The notes beneath the pieces were generated by a model. The model worked only from the letters and a program-made list of their open reading frames with translations. It was not told the DNA's origin and made no database searches. Below, in pieces: positions 49,991 through 59,699 of a stretch of DNA of 64,000 nucleotides. The position numbers and the translations under genes are program-made. The stretch comes from Iphione sp. A-MEVVRFRX5 (lineage: Eukaryota): positions 41,044,001 through 41,108,000 of the forward strand of contig OZ320322.1 of the NCBI GenBank assembly GCA_976226885.1, written 5' to 3'. The number at the start of each line of letters is the position of its first letter. The stretch's first letter is position 1.

Positions 49991-52989
49991 CCTCAGTAAA
50001 GGATTTAGTGAGTTTATTACATGTGTTTGAACCACGCCCCTAGCTGGCATCATTAAAAAAATCGTTTGATATGGCGTTGTGCCTAGTGTGTTTTTCAAGT
50101 GTGTTATTTGGCTTTTACACACCTTTTAGTCTGTCTGAAGATACAAACAAGATCTGAACACAATGGCATCATTCGCTCTGAATATATAACCAAGAATGGC
50201 TTTAATGTTCATGTAGAATAACAGGATTGATAAATGTGATTTAAAACGTGCTTTTGTGTTCTAAAAATTTAATTATAGCAGTGCAGTCCCTGCCATTAAA
50301 TGAATGCATGTGTTGCATGAAGATACACTACTTAGTGTATGGTCTTGAGACAGCTTGTGTAATAATAATTTCAATTGGTTTATTGCTATCATGAGAATTT
50401 TAAAGGCAATAAATATGATATACACCATCTTTTTCTGTCGATTCCCGTTTTTAAAAGATAAACATGTCTTTAGGTATGTAATTTCTTTTTAAATCATTAC
50501 AAAAATAAGGCAAACAAAACACGTAATACTGAGACGTTATCTAGAGCATCAAAGAATATCATTGAAAATATTCAACATGATTTTGTGTCACTGGAATGGA
50601 AACGATCTCCCTGACACGTATAACCCGAAAATCTACTGGCCGAGAGAGTTCATGTGATACAAAGCAGTCCATGTAACAAAGTAGCACTCCAATCAAATCA
50701 ACATTGGTTTAGCAGTATTGGTCTTCATTGCTGAGAGTACATTATATATACGAACATAGTTACATCATGAAGCATTATTGCAATTTATTCGCGAAAGCTT
50801 GGCAAGAGATCAAATTTAAATATCAACCCTGATCTAAAGTCAATGGCTTTACCCATGCCTAGGTTACAGGGTTATTCATTCTTCAAAGATATCCCAACTT
50901 CCTGTCGTTTATTCAATCTAACTATTTGTTGGGATACGCACATGGAGATGCCTGTCTAACTCCATGCATCTTGTAAGTGCGTTCTCTCTGGCATTTACCA
51001 CATAGCATAATGCAGCTAGGTAGCATCATATACTTCCTAGAACCTTCTCCAATGATCACGCACAACATCCTGTAACTCAAACATCTGTACACTTTACAAT
51101 AAAACATACTTAATCCCAAAATTCTGAAACATTTTAGATAGGTGCTCATTTTTCTTTATCATAGCATAATTGTTACAACCACGTTTTGATTAACGTGTCG
51201 CGTACAGTCGCATTGTGGAAAGTGATATTGCCATGTATACCAATTAGCAGCTACATCTTAACCTGAATGATGCTAAAAATGGTACAGAGAAAATTAAGCA
51301 ATGTCAGGAGATTGAGACATAGAAATCCAGTTATGTGGATGAATCATTTGACACATCAGACAAAACCTCAACAAAAATGAATGAAAATCAAGAAAAAACA
51401 GGAGAATCTACCGGATTATGCAGTGACAAGTTCGGACGGGATGGATGAGATGGGAAGGAATAAAATCAGATGCAGTTGTGAACTGCGAACTGATTCGGTA
51501 GTATAAACATTTGCAGGTAAATACAGCTTTAGAAAAATGAAGATTTACTGTAATTCTGTCCAACTTATATACATGTACAGTCAAACAGATTGTTTTCTAT
51601 AATATATTCAATTGCTTTGCTATTCATCAGTATACATGTGACTGTACATATATACACGTAATTCTGGTGATGACATTTTTAGGTCCCTGTCGATCACCTG
51701 CACATCAAACTAAAATAATTTTGCATACGGTCAAGATAAAGAATGGAGGTACGTATACCAAATCAGCAATAAAATAATATTTGTATAGGAATTAAGTGAC
51801 ATATGTAAGGTCCTCTCCACAACTGAAGGGTTGGATAATACGTATGGAAAAATGAAGGAATCGTGGTCTTGACGAGACTTCACACAAACAACCTATCAAA
51901 CCTGAAGATATAGGAAAGTTAATACTCGTGCATAACAGAATATCTGATCTACAGAGGCACATTTTCTTTAAAGTGACGTTCCTCTACATTGTGGAAGATA
52001 GGGCTGAGGCAACCCAAAAAGAAGTATTGCCGTGTCAAGTAAGATGGATCAGGGGCAAAATTCATCACTATACCTGTTAATAATCTACCCAAAGCCTATT
52101 CACCCCCCTTAGTGCTTCGAGACCCAGCCACTTCCCCAGGTAATTGGAATTTGAAACCAATCAAGATGCTGGATTTTGGTAAAGAGATATTGAAGATTTC
52201 TTTAGCCAAGAATACTTTCTTGTAATATCTGTATGACCTATTAGGCCACTGCAGATGTGTAGTAATACGCAGAGCGTCACGAAATTTAGCTGTATGCATA
52301 CACCTGTGGCACAATGTAAGCGATTGCTCCAACTCAGATAGGATAGATAAAATAGTGTGCAAACACTGCAAGCCATTATAACCTTATACATTACTGCATT
52401 TCAGACAACCCATATGAAAACTTTGAGCACCAGGCGACGAATTATATATCCTGGTGTAAGGAGGTAAGATGACATAATTAACTATCAACACAAAGACGGT
52501 GAATCTGAAAACATGGAAACAAACTGGGCATTCTCTAAGTGAGAATGACGTCACAGTGACTGATAAGGCTGGTACCCTTAGTCAAATATAGGTCAGGTTG
52601 CCTGGGGTGGAGGTGAAAACAAGTGGGTTTCCTTCTTTGAACTATTATAATGTTTATGTCCATAATAATCATTTGGTAATGATTTCACTTCTAACTCTGA
52701 CATTATAATGAAAACACATATAAAACTACCTTTAGATGTAGTGCATAAGTCCAAATTATCATTAGTTTGTTTTCACCAGGCATTAGAGCTCACATTAGAA
52801 TATGCAGAAACTCCCTGATTATCACCCACTTTTCACCTCTGTAGGGTTTCTGCTGAATTACAAAGTTTAGAAAAGGATTTAAATCTATACACTAATTTAG
52901 GTCTTTAGTTTATCAATAAAGCTGTGAATTGAGTACAGTGGTTTCATATGATACAAAAGAAATGTGTATGAAAATTAACTTGACAGCTC

Positions 52990-53027
52990 TTTTTTTTTTT
53001 TTTTTTTTTCAATTCAATATGTTTATT
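52990..53027 (-). terminator. Poly(A) signal AATAAA (53022-53027) and 20-nt genomic poly(A) tail (52990-53009)
   Basis: Read directly, about 240 nt downstream of the ORF2 stop. Confidence 0.9.
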
Positions 53028-53261
53028 GAGCAACACTGTCACCTAAATCTAAGTGTTTCCCAACATGTGCTCAGAAAGGAAAGATTGTTTTCCTATCCGA
53101 TAACAAGCCGTTCATCAATCATCTGAGACGACATCCGGAGCCGCGTGCGTTCCTATAGGGCCTTGAGGTTTCTAATGCTCTTCTCACGGATGCTGTCACC
53201 GACGACACTATGTACAGATATACTCTACAACCTAATTCTCAATTGCTATTTCTGCGGTAAA

Positions 53262-56036
53262 TTACTTCTTCAGCACCCTCTTTAATTGGCCTTTATTCAA
53301 TTTCCTTTGGGCCTGAGGCAGTTTGTTCCAGCTAGTTAACCCTAAGTATAGAAAACTACCGCGATATGACTCTCTTGCCGGCCTGCACACTTCCCAGTCT
53401 CCTTGTTGTCCTGCACGAGTTCCATGTACTGGGATTGGTCTGAAAAATTTGAGTTGAGACATGTCATATATCAACAGGAGCAGAAAATACTCTATGCGAT
53501 CCTCCAACTTAGTCATACCATTTTCTTCCCTCCAGTTCCCCACCCTTCTCTGCGATGTAAACCTATTCATGAAGCACTGCTTAATTGTATCTAGAAATGC
53601 TCTCTGTAACTTGATCAACATACTCCCCTTTATCCCAGGTAGGAATTCTAGTCCATGATTTAGAATAGGTAACACGAACCCGTTGTAGGCCATTCTCATG
53701 GTCTTTTCGTCAAGAAGGCCCTTGGCCCTACCAAGGATATATCCCCGCGTTCGTAATTTTTTGACTTTGTCCTTGATTAGCTGGTCAAATTGCAGATTTT
53801 CATCTATCAAGTACCCCAAGTAGTTAAATGTCCTAACCCTGCCCAACTTCGATCCCTCCAGATACAGGTCAAGATCCATTGTACTTGTTTTCCCGAAACA
53901 CATATATTTTGACTTCGATTGATTTAGTTTCATCCCATTCTGTCTACACCAGGCAGATATTTGCCTTAGTGTATGTTGCAACTTAAGATTCAATGCCCAT
54001 GCACTCACTCCCCATGAGTATATCGTTATATCGTCCGCATATACAACTAATCGCGACGGGAATGACACTTTATTCAGGTCGTTCATTAGGACTGTGAACA
54101 ACCAGGGCCCCAATATGGAGCCCTGAGGGACGCCACGATGTACTGCCCTTACTGATGACAATGTCCCATTACAGGAAACCATCTGTTCTCTCCCATCCAA
54201 ATAGTCTTTGAACCAATCCTTCACTTTCCCAGTGTAGCCATAGTTACCCAGTTTGAGCAATAGAAGTTCGTGAGAGACCAGATCGAAAGCCTTGCTCAAG
54301 TCTAGGTAAATGGCTCCAGGATATCTAGACTTGTTACAGTCATTATAAACATGTGTTAACAGATCAGCACAGGCTAAGCTGCATCCCCTGCCAGAGCGGA
54401 ATCCATACTGGCATTCCATCATCAGCCCGCTAGCCTCGGCGTATGCACTGACCTGGTCAAACACGATCCTCTCGAGGACCTTTCCAGGTACTGGCAACAG
54501 AGAGACAGGACGATAGTTCTTGCAATCAGAACGTGTGTTCCTCTTGTAGACTGGTACCACTTTTGCTTGCTTCCAACTATCAATAAAATGTCCTGATGCT
54601 AAACAATCATTCATAATCCATGTAAACATGTCTAACTTTATTTGGAGCAGGTCCCGCAGTGTACTCATGTTCATGCCCTCAATGCCTGATGGTTTTGACA
54701 ACTTCAGTCCTTTGATATGCTTAAGTACCTTACTATTACTGACTTCCTGGAACGTCCCCATTCCCGCCATGTCACGTGTCAGGGGGGGTAGGAATACGTT
54801 ATCCATTTCCATTGCAGTCTCCTCAACTGAGTCAATGAAAAAGTTGTTAAATATCTCTGCGGACTCCCCTTTATCTCTTGTTATGCCATCCTGTCTTAGT
54901 ATTATGTCTCCTCTATTACTCACATTACCAAATACCTGATGTGTTATTGTTTGCCATAACCTTCTCGGGTCACTGATTGATTTGGCTATATCCTCCGCCA
55001 CCCTTTGTTTTTTGTTGCGTTGTATCTCCCTATTTACTTCCGATCGATAGTACCTATATATCCTGAGACTATCTTCCTCATGGTCCCGCTTATGCTTCCT
55101 AAAGAAATAATCCCGTTCCCTTTTCAGTTCTAGCACTCTCCCGGTCAACCAGAATGGTCTTCCTTCAAGTATTCTCTTCTCCCTAAAGGGTGCTAATTGG
55201 TCAAGGGCTGCTAAGCCATTACTCTGTAGTTTGTCCCAGGCTGCTTTCCCGTCGACTTCACCAGTAAGAGTCCAGTCCAAACTAGTAAGCGTTTCCTTAT
55301 AGTTTACGTAACTATATCCCCTATAGTCCCTTACTCTCATAATGGTTGATGGTGCTTTCCTATTGAACCTCTTTATCTTAATGTAGACTGGACTGTGATC
55401 ACTCGCTGCATCTCCCCATGTGCCGCCCTCAAACACATATCTGTGGTTCGTGTAGATATGGTCGAGGCATGAGCCACTACGAAAAGTTGGAACTGTTATT
55501 AACTGGGGTAGTTTGAAGCTTTTTGATAAGTCCAAGCACTTATTTCTGTCATTGGATGGTTTCATCCAATTTACGTTCATGTCACCTAGTACGGTTACTG
55601 TCCTATCCTCATACTTGCAGAGGTGAGTCAGTGTCATTCTCAGTCTTTCCAGATAGGCCCCTAAGTTGCCGTTAGGCCTTCGGTAAATGATGGCAAAGTA
55701 TTGTTTTTTCCTGTTACCTGGCTTTACCCTTAGTGCTAGGATGTGACCGTCTTCATCCACGGATGAGCACCCTTCCAGAATTTCATAGTCAAAATCCTGT
55801 CTTACATACACCAACACGCCACCACCCACCCGTAAGCCCGTCGCGGCTGGGCAGCGGTCCTGTTTGATCGATTTATATCCATCTATCTCAACAATAGAGC
55901 TTGGTATCCCTCCACTTAGCCAGGTCTCGACTATAGCCAGTATGTCTATCTGGTGTTCATATAACATACTATGCACCTCACTCAGCTTGCCCAGAATGCT
56001 GTGTACATTCCAAGCTGATATTGTTAGTATCGTCAT
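53262..56036 (-). CDS. LINE ORF2: AP-like endonuclease + reverse transcriptase, 924 aa, intact
   Basis: APE motifs WNVHS, VETWL, YRRP, GDMNVNW, LDHIY, SDH. RT motifs NYRPVSLL, QYGFR, LDLSKAFD, GVPQGSILGP, YADD. No C-terminal CCHC, which fits the CR1/L2 group rather than L1. Confidence 0.97.
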   Translation of the reverse strand: MTILTISAWNVHSILGKLSEVHSMLYEHQIDILAIVETWLSGGIPSSIVEIDGYKSIKQDRCPAATGLRVGGGVLVYVRQDFDYEILEGCSSVDEDGHILALRVKPGNRKKQYFAIIYRRPNGNLGAYLERLRMTLTHLCKYEDRTVTVLGDMNVNWMKPSNDRNKCLDLSKSFKLPQLITVPTFRSGSCLDHIYTNHRYVFEGGTWGDAASDHSPVYIKIKRFNRKAPSTIMRVRDYRGYSYVNYKETLTSLDWTLTGEVDGKAAWDKLQSNGLAALDQLAPFREKRILEGRPFWLTGRVLELKRERDYFFRKHKRDHEEDSLRIYRYYRSEVNREIQRNKKQRVAEDIAKSISDPRRLWQTITHQVFGNVSNRGDIILRQDGITRDKGESAEIFNNFFIDSVEETAMEMDNVFLPPLTRDMAGMGTFQEVSNSKVLKHIKGLKLSKPSGIEGMNMSTLRDLLQIKLDMFTWIMNDCLASGHFIDSWKQAKVVPVYKRNTRSDCKNYRPVSLLPVPGKVLERIVFDQVSAYAEASGLMMECQYGFRSGRGCSLACADLLTHVYNDCNKSRYPGAIYLDLSKAFDLVSHELLLLKLGNYGYTGKVKDWFKDYLDGREQMVSCNGTLSSVRAVHRGVPQGSILGPWLFTVLMNDLNKVSFPSRLVVYADDITIYSWGVSAWALNLKLQHTLRQISAWCRQNGMKLNQSKSKYMCFGKTSTMDLDLYLEGSKLGRVRTFNYLGYLIDENLQFDQLIKDKVKKLRTRGYILGRAKGLLDEKTMRMAYNGFVLPILNHGLEFLPGIKGSMLIKLQRAFLDTIKQCFMNRFTSQRRVGNWREENGMTKLEDRIEYFLLLLIYDMSQLKFFRPIPVHGTRAGQQGDWEVCRPARESYRGSFLYLGLTSWNKLPQAQRKLNKGQLKRVLKK

Positions 56037-56185
56037 ATTTACGCCTATCTACAAGGAGAAAAACTACCCCCAAGAACACGTATAGTAGATGCGTCTAAAG
56101 AGGTAATGTGATGTTTTCCAATGTTTTGACGGCCTGCCGACTTGACCAGCCCAGAAATAGTGATTTATCAAACCATACCTTACAC

Positions 56186-56815
56186 TCATCGCAGAATGAC
56201 TAGGACAGCGGACTTGATGTTTCTCACCCAGCTTGCCGTAGCCTTATTACCTGAATGGCAGCCATCATACAAGTACGTGTAGCGCATTCTGTATTTCCCT
56301 CTCGTCCTCCGATGCACAGGGAACTCTGTTGCAGGTGTATAAATACTGTAGAGTGAGTTGAATTTCCTATAAAAAACATTCATCTCCTTCACCATGTTAT
56401 TCAGTGATGACTGAAACTCATTAGTATATGTGGATGGGCTGTATTGTGCTAGGTTTATGCCGCATATTGGAACAAGCCCTATCGGTACATATGGGTGATA
56501 TTCATTTACCCTTGATTTGAGCAAGGATGCCAAGGCATCCATCCAAAGCCTAAATTCAAGCATATTGTCATGTCTAGGGCGCAAGATATTTGCTCCCTTA
56601 ACTTTTTTTGTTAGGTCACATATGCCTGCAAATATATACACTAAACTGTAGTCACTCAGATCTGTTTCTCGTAACTTATCTAGCAGAAAACCTAGTCGAG
56701 CACCGGGGAATGACCACACAGTCAGCTGCACTTCGTTTTCAGTGCCCCATTCCTCGTCCAGCATAGATGATATAGCCCGGCCTCTGGAATCGCTCAAAAG
56801 TAGTACTTGACGCAC
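56186..56815 (-). CDS. Stand-alone SGNH/GDSL-type esterase, 209 aa, GTG start or small 5' frameshift
   Basis: Block I LLLSDSRG, block II FPGAR, block III FAGICD, block V YDGCH, with typical spacing. Confidence 0.8.
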   Translation of the reverse strand: MRQVLLLSDSRGRAISSMLDEEWGTENEVQLTVWSFPGARLGFLLDKLRETDLSDYSLVYIFAGICDLTKKVKGANILRPRHDNMLEFRLWMDALASLLKSRVNEYHPYVPIGLVPICGINLAQYSPSTYTNEFQSSLNNMVKEMNVFYRKFNSLYSIYTPATEFPVHRRTRGKYRMRYTYLYDGCHSGNKATASWVRNIKSAVLVILR

Positions 56816-57285
56816 CAGTCAATATCATACGATGAGTAGAAGTATTATTCAAGTATTAATGGTAGAGTCCTGTAGGATCATTGTGCTGACCGGATTCTCT
56901 GCTATCATGACGTATATTAGTGAGCCTATTAGTAAATTAAATAGGCTCTCACGCTTGAAAATAGGTACTAATATTTCAACATTTTGTATCTATTGTAAAT
57001 TTGTGAACCCCGGCAGATTGTTGCAACAGGGTCGATCACTTGCCTAGACAGATTATGTACAGATTCTTTCCTTAGGACTGTGTAAAAAAAGTCGACTTTT
57101 TTTCTTGCTATTTTCTACCAACAAGGGTTACAGTGCAATAGTGGAGTTACTTTCCGCCTAGTCCCCATACCTCAGCCAGTATAGACACCATACCTCAATC
57201 CCAAGTGCAATGTGGCGATCGATGAGTCAATCACACGCTACCGTCTTGTTGTATGTGGCTGTCAGGATACTGAAAGACCATATGG

Positions 57286-59058
57286 TTACACATTATCATC
57301 TGACAGAGTGTCCCGTAATTTTTGCAACACGATACCTGTCAAATTTCTTCCAGTCCACCCACCGTTTTTGATTCTCGGGTCCCACAAGTGACAACCAGAT
57401 CCATAGATGTAATCACGATTTGCATCTATTTATGTTTTTTTACCACTGCCCAGTAATTCTCGAACAAATTTGTCACTTACGTTGAGCTTCGCATTGAGGC
57501 CTTCTTTCAGTATTTCTTCCTGCATGTGTACCCAATCTCTCGATTTCCGTATTTGGTATGTGAGAGACAACACCCTACTACCATCCGGCTCTGACAGGAC
57601 TTGCTGGCGAATGTCGTCACGATCATGTAGCCGCGCGCATTCTGCCGCTAGCCAATGATTGACACTTTTGTATGTCCCCCCGCCCAGTTCTAGAGATACT
57701 GGCGCCTCATTGGACAGGACACTATGTGGGCCGCTAAAAATAATTGAATTCCCGACCTGCCTTTTGGCCGTTTCCTCAAGAGAAAGCCCGTTGGGCAGCT
57801 TATGTAACTCATGGAATTTGTACTCTGTGCCCTCGACCCGAATAGTGGTGCCATTTACCGTCGATTTCATTCCCTTACTGTTTGCCAAGTTGCTAATCAA
57901 TTTTAGTGCTTTGTTCGTTTTCCTAGCTTCCTCAGGCAGATCCTCCCTAAAGAATATGTGACCTCCCCCCTGAAGATAATTCAGGTTTGATTTTTTCGAG
58001 AAGACACCATCCCTTATTTCTTCACACAGCATTTTTACTATTATTGGCCTGGGTCTGTTTCTCGTGTTACCTACCCTGACGGCTGATAGTAGCGCATCAG
58101 AGTAGTAGTAATCACGATCAATTGTGGATAGTAAGTTGTCTACTGCGCACCAAGTGTCCTCATTGTATCCCTCAGGTAGACCCTCAATTATAAAATTCGA
58201 TCTCCTGATGTCTACCTCAAGTTGTATAATCTGATCTCTCAACTTGGTGTTCTCCGCCTCTAAGATACCCAACCGTAGGTCTTGCTGGCGAACAGAGTTA
58301 TCAATCAGCTGGGTCATACTGTCGCTAATTGTACTACCTGCATTCTTTACACTTGCTTCGGCCTGCTCTAATTTGTCAGAGAGTTTATTGATTGTTTCCC
58401 TTTGTTTCGCAACCTTATTCTCAAGCCCTGCTACCGTTGTTTCTAGAGCACTTATTTTAGACAGCGTTGGACGAATTTCACTTAGCTCCTGCCTAATTTC
58501 ATTTAGTAGTAACATCATAATCGCATTGTTGGACGGGCTACCCCCACCGCCCATCGGGGTGAGTGAAACGGGGTTGTTGCCCGCAGAACACAAGTCAATA
58601 AGAGTGTATCCATCACTTTCATCGTTGAGTTTCAGTGGAAACTCTCCAATGGCATCAGGATCGTTCACAGGTACAGCGGAGGGGGGTAACGGATACACAC
58701 CTCCCTCCCCTTCATTGTTCTTCGCATGGTAATCAGACTCATGATCATCAACCGGTTTTTTCAGTAGCGTCCCGTCTGCTTCTGGAATGTTTATCGGTGC
58801 AGCTGGGGGTGATAACGGGTAAGAGTTGGTATCCCCCTCATTATCTTCCACATTGTGAACAGGTGGAGTGGGCTCGCTGGCACAGTCACCTGAGACCCCA
58901 ACAACAGAGGCACCCACCTGTTCACCGCTGTGCCCACCGATTCCTCCATTGTCGCTCAGAGGTTCCATTCCTGGCTTTCTATTCTTCTTTCCTTTCTTAT
59001 TTGTTGACGGTAGAGTGTTCTCCTTCGTCTCGACGGTACCCTGAGATCTTGTTAACAT
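57286..59058 (-). CDS. LINE ORF1: Pro/acidic N-terminus, coiled coil, L1-type RRM, C-terminal NADAR (YbiA-like) domain; one in-frame TAA at 57430-57432
   Basis: Likely ATG at 59058. Heptad region LETTVAGLENKV..., RRM start IRRSNFIIEGLPE...RPRPIIVK. NADAR-like FSGPHSVLSN...YKSVNH...W...EEILKEGLNAK...LLGSGKKT*IDANRDYIYGSG...WTGRNLTGIVLQKLRDTL; final stop at 57286-57288. Confidence 0.85.
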
Positions 59059-59699
59059 TATTCTCAACCAAAAATCTTTTCTAGGCTCAATTATCAATCG
59101 ATTTCTGGATGATCAAGTCGGAGTCGCGCCAGCACACGTCTTCACCCCGCCATGCTCTCTTTCGTCCACAAGTGCCCGGATTCCCCACTCCAAGAATAAA
59201 TATTAAGTAGTAACACTGGCGTAGCCCACCAGGGGGTGCTACCATGAATGCTTGTACACACGATGGAGTTTGTAACGTGGTTCTTCCTGTTAAGGATAGA
59301 TGGCAGTATCGTACACAAGCATTGAGTGAAAGAGGGTGGAAGTGATCTTCGTGGTTTCAGTTACTTACACTAAAATTGATCAGAGGCTGAGCCACGTACT
59401 CCTTTTCAAACGGTTTTACACGTAGCTTAGCAATCTAGATACAACGGATAAATTTCGCACGCTTTTTGTTTTTGTTGTAGGAAATTAATATTTTTACCGA
59501 CTAGGATCCGTTTAAAATACATGCAGTTTATCAGGTATCCACAGCAAATTGATATCCTGTGACCTGTAATAATGTTATCACCTGATTTTTTTTATTCCAT
59601 TCATGCATAGATGTTAGCTAATAGTGATTCGTTAAAAGACGTACCAGCACTCTTCATCTAGATTTACACCTGACTTTGTCATCTCTGGTTAATAGCCTG

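Larger units (their letters stand above)
52990..59160 (-). mobile_element. Near full-length non-LTR retrotransposon (CR1/L2 group) with three cistrons: ORF1(RRM+NADAR), SGNH esterase, APE-RT
   Basis: Three co-directional ORFs between one 5' motif (59119-59156) and one AATAAA + A20 tail; no internal tail or TIR seen; no TSD found. Confidence 0.9.

Noticed and set aside
57433-57444. A7 run before the ORF1 stop as a -1 frameshift site
   Set aside because: Does not fit X XXY YYZ in frame, and the NADAR continuation is in the same frame, so no shift is needed.
54628-59084. Plus-strand ORFs of 103, 100, 162 and 149 aa inside the LINE
   Set aside because: Antisense shadows of the real minus-strand ORFs with no motifs of their own.
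59150-59300. Target-site duplication for the full-length LINE
   Set aside because: The flank beside the tail (TTGACAGCTC) does not recur at the 5' end beyond a 5-bp chance match.
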